From positions 1 through 23,126 of the forward strand of contig JAYNIM010000012.1 of assembly GCA_038109055.1 (NCBI GenBank): a stretch of DNA of 23,126 nucleotides, given 5' to 3'. The notes below the pieces were generated by a model. The model did no database searches. It saw only the letters and a program-made list of their open reading frames with translations, and was not told where the DNA came from. This stretch comes from a bacterium (GTDB lineage Bacteria > Margulisbacteria > Marinamargulisbacteria > GCA-2716485 > JAYNIM01). The position numbers were made by a program, and so were the translations under genes. Shown one piece after another: positions 8,904 to 17,344 of the stretch. The first letter of the stretch is position 1. Each line of letters starts with the position of its first letter.

Positions 8904-11015
8904 TTATTGTGTGGGTTGTTCTGCTGTATTTATCTTTAGTTCATCTTTATCCTGAAGATATAGCTGTCTAAAAATATCTGCTGAAATCTTCTCCTCTAAA
9001 CAAGTAACTACCCTTTTGTCAGGTGCCTCATGCCATATTATAAAGGGTTTAGTAGATGGCATTGCAAGCATAATGGTAGCTGTTTGAGATACTGGGTCCA
9101 TGTGTTCGTCTTGTTGATAGTCTATCTCTAGCTCATACATGAATCCTCCTAGCCTCTTAAGCTCGTTTTCCGTTATGCCATTGACGACCCCCTCTCTTTC
9201 TTTCGGCGCCATGTTAGTTGTTGTTAGGCTACAAAACGTTTTTAACTCTGACATCGTTCCCATTTTTTCTAATTTTCCTCTTATTTTTCTCTCTTCTTCT
9301 CTTGCTTTCTTTTTAAGATTTTTCAGTCTTGTGTCTATACTCTTTCTACTTGATTGATCCATCATTTTAAATAAAGGGTTTTGTTTTACAGCGTCGATTA
9401 GATATATCTTCATGATTATTGACTGATCTTGAACTATTTTATCTATAACCTCGCTAAATTCTAGATCTTGATCAAAATTACAGAAGATAAACCATCTTTT
9501 CATTCCATGGGCGAGTATTCGTTCTATGGGATGTTCTAATTCTGGGTGTTTTGTGGTGTTTTTTTTGGGCTTTGTAAACCATCGTTGTAAAAATACTAAG
9601 GGTTGACATTCTACTGCTTCAAAACTAGCTAGGGGCTGTCCTTCTTTTGATATGTCTACTATTGTTATGGGTGGATGCCAATATTGGTCGCCTTCTTCTC
9701 TTTTTATTTCTAGTACGAGTAGCAGTGAAAGTAGCTGATAGAGCCCTAGTTCTATGTCATCTTCTTTTATACCTTCTATTGTTTCACTTGCTAGCTTTTG
9801 TGGAAAGTCATCGATCAATTTGGTTCCCTTTATTGTCCTACTTAAGGGGTTTCTTTCCTCGCAGCTTATGCCTTCGACTTTACAGACTACATCTAAAAAA
9901 GCTTGGGACAAGATTACTTTATAATAATTTTCGATATCCTGTGGGTGTGTATACAAAACGGTTGTGTTGTTAAATCCACGTATCGGTATTGGGTGCATTG
10001 TCCCATGATCTGTTGATGTCATTTCTCGATACTTTTGGACTACTTCTTTATTCATAAATCGCGTTATGTCACATTCGACTTGAGGCTGTTTTTTGCTTTG
10101 TCCTTGCTTAGCGAAAAAGCCTTTCTCCGCAACCTGTGAATACTTGTCCCTGTTTGTATTCATGGCCTCCGTTAGCTTTTGTTGAAAGCTTCCTTTACCT
10201 GTGTTTTCTGCGATTTTAATAGCTGCTTGAAGTAATCTTAATTCATCAGTTTTTCTTCCTTTTTGACCTAACCATTTATCATAGTCCTCACATTTTTTTG
10301 CTGAACACCCTGCTAGTTGAAGACCTATATCACTTGCTTTCGGATCTAATCGGAAGAGGATGACTATCGCTTCTGCTAGATCCTTTTTGCTTTGTTGACT
10401 GTGGCTGGCTATCTTTTCTGGTAGGTCCTCTCTGCTTAGTCGACTGAGGTTGACTATAGTTTCTGCTATATGTTGACTGCGGCTGACTATTGCTTCTGCT
10501 ATTAGTTGACTGTGTCTGACTATCGCTTCTGCTAGATCCTCTTTGCTTGGTCGACGGAGGCGGCCTATCACTTCTGATAGATACTTTTCTCTTAGTTGTC
10601 TGAAGCTGACTATCGTTTTTGTCAGATCCTCTTCGCTTGGTTGACTGAGCTTGACTATCGTTTCTTGCAGATCCTCTTCGCTAGGTTGACTGAGCTTGAC
10701 TATAGCTTCTGCTAGATCCTTTTCGCTTAGTTGACTGAGCTTGACTATCGCTTCTGCTAGATCCTTTTCGCTTAGTTGACTAAAAAAACCTCTTACGTTA
10801 ATAAAGTTACTTATCTTCTTCCAGTGTGCCTCTATTATAGTCTCAATCACTTGCGTGTTAGTAGACCTACTCGACACTCTATCCGTATTTTCCAATTTAG
10901 CTGGTGCTGGTGCTAGGTTTGTTGCAACTTGTTGATTATTGGGGCAGATCCTTCTTTCGGTGTTTGTGCCTAAACTAGGTACTTGTCCACTTTGCTTCTG
11001 TCTACATTTGTCCAT
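8904..11015 (-). CDS. Orphan 703-aa protein with disordered N-terminus and 15-aa tandem repeats
   Basis: Long uninterrupted ORF with AAGG upstream. No recognisable catalytic motif. Confidence 0.8.
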   Translation of the reverse strand: MDKCRQKQSGQVPSLGTNTERRICPNNQQVATNLAPAPAKLENTDRVSSRSTNTQVIETIIEAHWKKISNFINVRGFFSQLSEKDLAEAIVKLSQLSEKDLAEAIVKLSQPSEEDLQETIVKLSQPSEEDLTKTIVSFRQLREKYLSEVIGRLRRPSKEDLAEAIVRHSQLIAEAIVSRSQHIAETIVNLSRLSREDLPEKIASHSQQSKKDLAEAIVILFRLDPKASDIGLQLAGCSAKKCEDYDKWLGQKGRKTDELRLLQAAIKIAENTGKGSFQQKLTEAMNTNRDKYSQVAEKGFFAKQGQSKKQPQVECDITRFMNKEVVQKYREMTSTDHGTMHPIPIRGFNNTTVLYTHPQDIENYYKVILSQAFLDVVCKVEGISCEERNPLSRTIKGTKLIDDFPQKLASETIEGIKEDDIELGLYQLLSLLLVLEIKREEGDQYWHPPITIVDISKEGQPLASFEAVECQPLVFLQRWFTKPKKNTTKHPELEHPIERILAHGMKRWFIFCNFDQDLEFSEVIDKIVQDQSIIMKIYLIDAVKQNPLFKMMDQSSRKSIDTRLKNLKKKAREEERKIRGKLEKMGTMSELKTFCSLTTTNMAPKEREGVVNGITENELKRLGGFMYELEIDYQQDEHMDPVSQTATIMLAMPSTKPFIIWHEAPDKRVVTCLEEKISADIFRQLYLQDKDELKINTAEQPTQ
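10356..10781 (-). repeat. Intragenic 45-bp (15-aa) tandem repeat, about 10 units
   Basis: SQLSEKDLAEAIVKL x2, SQPSEEDLQETIVKL, SQPSEEDLTKTIVSF, RQLREKYLSEVIGRL, RRPSKEDLAEAIVRH, two 11-aa units, SRLSREDLPEKIASH, SQQSKKDLAEAIVIL. DNA core gactatcgcttctgctagatcct recurs. Confidence 0.9.
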
Positions 11016-11190
11016 AAATTGTTACTTTACCTTATTAAAATTATTAGTTAAAGTTTTACCTGTATTTCTTATATTTTTATTCCCTCTTTGCTTTTATACA
11101 GTCTTGTCACATTCTACTGCTTAATGTATATTTATCTTTTATTCATTTTTTTACTTTAAATTCTAGGAATATTAATTGGAGATTGATATC

Positions 11191-12231
11191 ATGCCCACTC
11201 CTGCTGCTAAACCAAGCTACCCACCACTTTTGGATCAGTTAAATAAGCATAAGTTCGGACTTTCTGTTACTTTTTGTGTTGCTTTGCAGATTGCTGCCGC
11301 ACTTTATTCATTGATACGAAAATGTCCGATAGCTGATGAAACAATTCCGACATATTTCGATGCTTTAACACTCGCTGGTGCTGGTTTTAGACCTGTGCGT
11401 GAAGACTCATCAGAACAATGCGATGCTGTCATGGATGCTTGTCGGAGTTCGCGTCCCTTATCAGAAATTACTGACGCCGTTTTAAAGTTACTCCCTCTAC
11501 CTGAGGCTAGCTTAGATGCGCTGCGTAACGCCTTTCATTCACCCTCTACTTCTGAATTACCTGATGAACTCGTCCCATGGTCTAAGTTTGTTAGATGTGC
11601 TGCAGGAAATATATCGTGGTTTAGTTGTTTTTATCAGGAGTATATACCTAATCCTCTCAAATTTGATCCTTTCACGCCTCTATTAGGGACTGTGATATAT
11701 TTTTCACAGATTCCAAACTCTTTTTTAAGATATTATTTTTCACAATGTGGGGAATCTCTTGAAGCTATAGTGTGTCCAGCAGACAATTCCCCTTCAACTC
11801 GTTATAGAGATCCCAGATGTTCAATTTCCTTAAAGGTTCTTTCGCTTGCTACATTATTGCTTTATCAATGGTTAAATTATCGTGATTCTCTACAGATTGA
11901 AGAAGGTATAAATAGCCTAAAAAATGGATGGAGGAAATCTTTAAAATGTGCTCATGAAGAAGGCCTTATCCAAGGCCTCAGTTCAGAGCAAGTCAATTTT
12001 ACTGATGTAAGTCCTGGCTGTTTTGCCCTAGGCTATAAGGTGGATCATTTACTTACAGACATCATGTATGGGCTCTTCTTCACTCTGGTTCTTTGTCTTA
12101 CATATTATGATCATTATCTGCCTCTAAAACCTACGGATACTACAGCGGATGATCCTGAAGGCGGTCCTACATCTCACGCTCATGTTGCTACAGCGGGTCA
12201 TTCTATAACGTTGGACTCACCAACCCCTTAG
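11191..12231 (+). CDS. Orphan Cys-rich membrane protein (3-4 hydrophobic segments)
   Basis: GGAG upstream of ATG 11191. TM-like FGLSVTFCVALQIAAALYSLI, ISLKVLSLATLLLYQWL, IMYGLFFTLVLCLTYY. Confidence 0.75.
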   Translation: MPTPAAKPSYPPLLDQLNKHKFGLSVTFCVALQIAAALYSLIRKCPIADETIPTYFDALTLAGAGFRPVREDSSEQCDAVMDACRSSRPLSEITDAVLKLLPLPEASLDALRNAFHSPSTSELPDELVPWSKFVRCAAGNISWFSCFYQEYIPNPLKFDPFTPLLGTVIYFSQIPNSFLRYYFSQCGESLEAIVCPADNSPSTRYRDPRCSISLKVLSLATLLLYQWLNYRDSLQIEEGINSLKNGWRKSLKCAHEEGLIQGLSSEQVNFTDVSPGCFALGYKVDHLLTDIMYGLFFTLVLCLTYYDHYLPLKPTDTTADDPEGGPTSHAHVATAGHSITLDSPTP

Positions 12232-12318
12232 TCATAAACGCCAAATGTTCTACGTATAGGCCTGCTTCATATGCTTGTTTAAGATTCTTTGTTTCTTAAA
12301 ATAGTTTACAATAAGGCT

Positions 12319-13197
12319 ATGTTATCTTTACATGATCCTTATCCCTCTACCTTGGGGACACAGGGCTGGTACCCCGCTAATGATACAGAACTTCGGAGTT
12401 TGTTGCAGGAGGCTTTAGACGCGCACTCAGTGATACCCTCCCCCTCTATTAAAGCGCTTATCTGTCCGCATGCGGGCTATCGTTATTGTGCGGATGTGTT
12501 TGCTGCTGCGATGGCGTGTATACAGACGGGGGCTTATTCACAGGTCGTGATTATTGGACCTAGTCATTATGTTCCGCTGCGAGATCAGGCGGTTCTTTGT
12601 GGCTATTCAGGCATACAAACCCCCTTGGGGACGGTGGCTATTGACCATCGTTTTGACTCGCAGTTGTGCAAGGCCCCTTATTTTAAGGTTGATGATGCGG
12701 TTCATGCGCCGGAACATAGTATTCAGATGATGCTGCCGTTTTTGCAAGTTTGTTTGCCTGATGTTCCTATTGTCCCGATTGTAATTGGGGATCTTCGTCC
12801 AGACGTTGCCAGGTCTATTGCGACTACGTTGAGGACTGTGATCGACCCCAAGACACTGTTGATGATTAGTAGTGATTTTACCCATTACGGCGAAAGCTTT
12901 GGCTATCAGCCTTTTTTAGATCTTGAGGGAGCTGCTCTTAAAGAGGCGATTCACGCTGTTGATATGGGGGCCATTGATCCCATTGTGGGCAATGATTTAG
13001 CCGCCTACTCCCAGTATATCTTTGATACCACAACCACGATCTGTGGCCGTTTTGCTATCCAAATCCTACTCTCCCTTTGCAAAGACTCTCCCACTGACCT
13101 TCGCTTATGTGACTACCAGCTTTCTGGCGACCACACTGGCGACTACTCTCATAGTGTGTCCTATGCCTCCTTGGCCATTGAAGGAGCATGGACATGA
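12319..13197 (+). CDS. amrB: AmmeMemoRadiSam system protein B (MEMO1 family)
   Basis: GWYP, ICPHAGYRY, IIGPSHY, EHSIQMMLPFLQ, ISSDFTHYG, TICGRFAI, SVSYAS. Confidence 0.93.
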   Translation: MLSLHDPYPSTLGTQGWYPANDTELRSLLQEALDAHSVIPSPSIKALICPHAGYRYCADVFAAAMACIQTGAYSQVVIIGPSHYVPLRDQAVLCGYSGIQTPLGTVAIDHRFDSQLCKAPYFKVDDAVHAPEHSIQMMLPFLQVCLPDVPIVPIVIGDLRPDVARSIATTLRTVIDPKTLLMISSDFTHYGESFGYQPFLDLEGAALKEAIHAVDMGAIDPIVGNDLAAYSQYIFDTTTTICGRFAIQILLSLCKDSPTDLRLCDYQLSGDHTGDYSHSVSYASLAIEGAWT

Positions 13198-13769
13198 CTG
13201 TCGATACGCTGTCTTTAGCGCAACAACAGTGTTTACTGCGTCTTGCACATGCCTCTATTTCTTTTTGTCTCACACAGGGCCAACGCCCTAGCCGTCAGGA
13301 TCTTTTGGCGATCTTACCAGAGCCCCTTGACCCTTTATTTGAGGCTGAAAGATCGGCCTTTGTAACCTTGAAATTACAGGGTAAATTGCGGGGCTGTATT
13401 GGCTCGGTATTACCCAGCCAGCCACTGGTGGATGAGATTATTGTGCAAAGTGTAAATGCTGCGCTGCAAGATCCTCGCTTTGCGCCGCTGAGTGAAACAG
13501 AACGTGCTGATTGCCGGGTTGAAATTTCTGTTTTATCCCAGCCTGCTCCTGTTGAACATTACAAGAATATTGATCTCAAACGCCATGGGATTATCCTTAA
13601 AAAAGAGGGGAAATCCGCCTTGTTTTTGCCCAAAGTGGCGAGTGAACAGGGCTGGGATCTTTATACGACCTTGCAGCATTTATGTCGAAAAGCAGGCCTA
13701 AAAAAGGATGACTGGCAACACGATATGCTCTTTTTTGTGTTTGAGGCCTTTGAGTTTAAAGAGACTTAA
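13194..13769 (+). CDS. amrA: AmmeMemoRadiSam system protein A (AMMECR1 family)
   Basis: AFVTLK-GKLRGCIGS, AALQDPRF, VEISVLS, HGIIL, LFLPKVA, LCRKAGL. AAGGAG RBS and ATGA overlap with the amrB stop favour start 13194 (alternative 13188). Confidence 0.94.
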   Translation: MTVDTLSLAQQQCLLRLAHASISFCLTQGQRPSRQDLLAILPEPLDPLFEAERSAFVTLKLQGKLRGCIGSVLPSQPLVDEIIVQSVNAALQDPRFAPLSETERADCRVEISVLSQPAPVEHYKNIDLKRHGIILKKEGKSALFLPKVASEQGWDLYTTLQHLCRKAGLKKDDWQHDMLFFVFEAFEFKET

Positions 13770-13770
13770 T

Positions 13771-14883
13771 TTAATTCTGTTTACTTTTTTTAGAATCTGG
13801 GCCCTCTGCATTTGGGTCAGAAGGATCTTCTACTGGTGGAGAAGGGGCTTTTCTTTTTGATGGTTCCTGTTTTATGATCGCTATAACCTCTTCAGGGCTC
13901 ATATTATCCCAAAGTCCGTCAGTTGCTAATAAGACCTTGTCTATTTCCGATAATGCGAAACTGTCATACTCTTCGTCGTCATCCCCTTCCGTATCAAATT
14001 CATATTTTTCTTTTTTTGACAGTCTGATTTTGACTCTCTCACTCTCTCTATAAACTGAACATTGTTGAGGTATTGGGTTTGGATGTAAATAGGAAGGAAT
14101 CCCTTGCTTATTTGGGGAATAATTCGGTGATGTTAAATGGAACGTCCCATCTTTAAATATGACTAATACTTGAGAATCTCCATAGGTTAAAACTTGTAAT
14201 TCATCTATTTCTTTATCCGTATACACAATGCTTGCGGTTGTGTTTCCATAATGATTTATTATATCTTCTTCGTCTTTCTTACGGGGATTTGAGGCGCCTA
14301 AAAGTGCCTCTATTCGTTTTTCCGCTAATTCACGCCCATCTTCAAAAATATCTTGAACAGTGTACTCAGCATTTGGATCATGCCTCCCTGTTTTGTGGCT
14401 TTCAATAATAGAATCTCCTAATAGTTTAGCCATATTTCTAGGTCGAGCGACATTTGTTACTTCTCTACCATCGCTCATTGTAACTTTCTCTGATCCTGAC
14501 ACACCATCTAAAACCACGTGAACATTCTTATAACTATCCCCATAATCTTGCCCTTTTGTTTTTACTTCTTCCGCTTCTTGACCTTCTACTTTTTCTAATG
14601 AAGGTCTGTTTTTTACATAAAATGCCTCTGCCACTTCTCCACTCTTTATATCTATTAGCCGCAGATGTATATCGTCTGGTTTTCCGATATCTTTTACTTT
14701 CGTACTAAAATATGTCTTCTTAATATCTTCAGCCTCTGCAAAGTGATCATCCTTCTTTGAAATAGCTTCCCAGTAGGTCTGCAATTCCACTTTATTAACT
14801 GAATATGGCGTACGTTGGGAACTTCTTGATTTTTCCCATGCTTGACCTGCAATATAGTTGGCAGTTTGTTGTAATTCTGACAT
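13771..14883 (-). CDS. PP2C/PPM-family protein phosphatase, PTC7-like, circularly permuted
   Basis: GQD (111-113), DGVSG (126-130), GNTTASIV, YGDS (234-237), ATDGLWDNM (320-328). The normally C-terminal GKPDDI motif lies at aa 67-72. GGAGG RBS upstream of the ATG. Confidence 0.82.
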   Translation of the reverse strand: MSELQQTANYIAGQAWEKSRSSQRTPYSVNKVELQTYWEAISKKDDHFAEAEDIKKTYFSTKVKDIGKPDDIHLRLIDIKSGEVAEAFYVKNRPSLEKVEGQEAEEVKTKGQDYGDSYKNVHVVLDGVSGSEKVTMSDGREVTNVARPRNMAKLLGDSIIESHKTGRHDPNAEYTVQDIFEDGRELAEKRIEALLGASNPRKKDEEDIINHYGNTTASIVYTDKEIDELQVLTYGDSQVLVIFKDGTFHLTSPNYSPNKQGIPSYLHPNPIPQQCSVYRESERVKIRLSKKEKYEFDTEGDDDEEYDSFALSEIDKVLLATDGLWDNMSPEEVIAIIKQEPSKRKAPSPPVEDPSDPNAEGPDSKKSKQN

Positions 14884-15009
14884 TGTTTAATTTCCCTCCA
14901 CATAGAACCATATACTTCCTGTTCCTTTTTGTCAAAATTTACTTTAATTTTCTACTTATGTTTAACATTGCTTAAATTGTGGCATATTGTTAGAAAGGGA
15001 GATATGACC

Positions 15010-16086
15010 ATGCCGACTCATTTTCCAGGACGCTATTGGGAAACACTGCCTGATGGGCGTGTTCAGTGCAATGTCTGTCCGCGACACTGTCAACTACGCG
15101 AAGGGAAGCGTGGCTTTTGTTTTGTGCGGCAACGTGTGGATGACCAGATGGTACTGACGACGTACGGGCGCAGTAGTGGCTTTTGTATTGATCCCATTGA
15201 AAAAAAACCCTTGAATCATTTTTACCCTGGAACCAGCGTTTTGTCTTTTGGGACAGCGGGTTGTAATTTGGGCTGCAAATTTTGTCAGAATTGGGATATT
15301 AGTAAGGCGAAAGAACTAGACCGCTTGATGGATGAAGCCAGCCCTGAAAAAATAGCGCGTGTTGCCAAAGAGCTGGGCTGTCAGTCTGTGGCCTTTACCT
15401 ATAATGATCCGGTTATTTTTTTAGAATATGCGGTTGATATTGCCAAGGCTTGCCGCCAGTTGGGCATTAAGACCGTGGCGGTGTCTGCTGGCTATATTGG
15501 CCATGAGGCTAGAGAGGAATTTTTTTCGCTGATTGATGCGACGAATATTGACCTAAAAGCCTTTACGCAAACCTTTTACAAAAAGCTCTGTTTTGCCAAT
15601 CTCGCCCCCGTCTTAGAGACCCTCATCTATTTAAAACACCACACAACGGTCTGGTTTGAAATCACCAATTTAATCATCCCTGGTTGTAACGATGACGATG
15701 ACGAATTACGGCAGCTCAGTCGTTGGGTGATGGCGCATCTAGGCCCAGATGTTCCTCTGCATTTTTCGGCCTTTCATCCTGATTATAAAATGATGGATAC
15801 CCCTGCAACTCCCCCTGAAACCCTGACACGGGCCCGAGAGATTGCCATTGACGAAGGCCTGCACTATGTCTATACAGGCAATGTGCATGACCCTGTTGGT
15901 GACACGACCTTTTGCCCCTCCTGCCATAGTGTCCTTATTAAACGAGACTGGTATGAGCTACAACACTATGATCTTAAACATGGCCGCTGTCCAAGCTGCA
16001 CACACGCTATTCCAGGATTTTTTCATCCCGCTTCAGGCAACTGGGGGCGAAAGCGGGTGCCGGTGTCGCTGCGGGACTATCCTTAA
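15010..16086 (+). CDS. amrS: AmmeMemoRadiSam system radical SAM enzyme
   Basis: CNVCPRHC...GFCFVR, DPIEKKPLNHFYPG, radical SAM CNLGCKFCQNWDIS, AFTYNDP, YVYTGNVHD, TFCPSC. Start ATG 15004 or 15010 after AAGGGAG. Confidence 0.95.
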   Translation: MPTHFPGRYWETLPDGRVQCNVCPRHCQLREGKRGFCFVRQRVDDQMVLTTYGRSSGFCIDPIEKKPLNHFYPGTSVLSFGTAGCNLGCKFCQNWDISKAKELDRLMDEASPEKIARVAKELGCQSVAFTYNDPVIFLEYAVDIAKACRQLGIKTVAVSAGYIGHEAREEFFSLIDATNIDLKAFTQTFYKKLCFANLAPVLETLIYLKHHTTVWFEITNLIIPGCNDDDDELRQLSRWVMAHLGPDVPLHFSAFHPDYKMMDTPATPPETLTRAREIAIDEGLHYVYTGNVHDPVGDTTFCPSCHSVLIKRDWYELQHYDLKHGRCPSCTHAIPGFFHPASGNWGRKRVPVSLRDYP

Positions 16087-16604
16087 AGTTCTTTGTCCGT
16101 CATAGGTGATAGCGTATATCCCTCTAATCCCGGTAGTTCAGCTATGTCAATTCCATCCCCCCTCCATTCATCCATTGTTTTAGGTTCTGTCCCCGTTAGG
16201 GCAGCTACTTCATGGTCCAGTTCTGTATTTTCTGGATCCACACGACCCTCTACTTGATTTTGACTATCTATCTCTTTTAATAATTCTTCAATATCTTTAC
16301 ATCCTCTTGTATTCCCTGGTGCCTCTCTAATCTTTTTATGATCTACTCCACCTTGTTGTAGCAAAGACCTCTGCTGATCTCCACTCAATGCCTCCGCCGT
16401 TCTTTGTTTTTTATGCCTACCTACATTGCCATCTGTTTCAATCCTGCGAGGAGCACTAGGAGACTTTCTTTTGTTGGTTTGTGCTGACAGTTGAGTTGCG
16501 CTTTGATCTGGTTCATCTATGTGCGGCAAGCATAATAACTCCTTGTCATTAAATAAACGTCTTAACAAGTACGTTTCTGGATTTGGGGATCCTATGTTTG
16601 GCAT
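16083..16604 (-). CDS. Orphan hydrophilic protein with bipartite-NLS-like motif
   Basis: 173-aa ORF filling the gap after amrS, AGGA upstream. KRKSPS...KKQR at aa 45-68. Confidence 0.65.
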   Translation of the reverse strand: MPNIGSPNPETYLLRRLFNDKELLCLPHIDEPDQSATQLSAQTNKRKSPSAPRRIETDGNVGRHKKQRTAEALSGDQQRSLLQQGGVDHKKIREAPGNTRGCKDIEELLKEIDSQNQVEGRVDPENTELDHEVAALTGTEPKTMDEWRGDGIDIAELPGLEGYTLSPMTDKEL

Positions 16605-16710
16605 GCTTTTATCCTAGCATGAATAGTGCCAGAATCTTATGCATGAAATGTTCCAGATAGGATCATTTAAGCTTTAAGAGAGTTTTAGCGTAAAAATAAA
16701 CTGATGTACG

Positions 16711-17043
16711 TTAAAAAATAAGCTTTAACAGTGATCTTAACACCATTAGAAGCAGTAGCCCCATCAAAATAGCCTGAACTTTTGTTTTTAATGGGAAGGC
16801 CAAAAAGATGTTTGTGTTGTATCTGAGATTTTCTTGGACAGATCGCGTCTTCGTCCACCTTAGTGATTGTAAAAAAGGCAACGTAAACGAAATATCGACT
16901 TGCGCCTTGCATGATGAGCAAGTAACCCGAAGTGTCTTAAAGGGTTTGATTGGCACGCGCAGTAATTGCCTGCACTGTGGGCAGTGAAATGTTTTTTTGG
17001 TTAATCCTGCAGGATTAAATCGTTTTTGTATGTTAGTTAACAT
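16711..17043 (-). CDS. Small zinc-ribbon protein with C-terminal TM helix
   Basis: FHCPQCRQLLRVP...LRVTCSSC (CxxC...CxxC) and hydrophobic VQAILMGLLLLMVLRSLLKLIF. Confidence 0.72.
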   Translation of the reverse strand: MLTNIQKRFNPAGLTKKTFHCPQCRQLLRVPIKPFKTLRVTCSSCKAQVDISFTLPFLQSLRWTKTRSVQENLRYNTNIFLAFPLKTKVQAILMGLLLLMVLRSLLKLIF

Positions 17044-17344
17044 TTGTTTAGATTAGCAATCTATTTACTTATTGGGAAGACGCGCTCTACGATAGCCTGA
17101 ATCTTCTGCCTGTGTGAGGCATATATCGTATCTGTGTGTGGGTTATAGGTGCCGAGGCGGAAAAGTCTCAGAAATATGTATTGATTTGGGGTGCTAAGGG
17201 CTGGGGTGCTTGCTCGTCTTTACTGTAGCAACGTAATTTTTGTAGATATTGACGACTGTGTTTGTAGTGGACCTTAAGATGTTTAAAGGTCTTTTATGAT
17301 CCTTCGTTATAGTTTTTTTTAAAAAATTATTATAAATTGTATAG

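Noticed and set aside
13771..13920. PP2C as a C-terminally truncated pseudogene
   Set aside because: The missing terminal motif (GKPDDI) and its preceding helix are present at the N-terminus of the same ORF.
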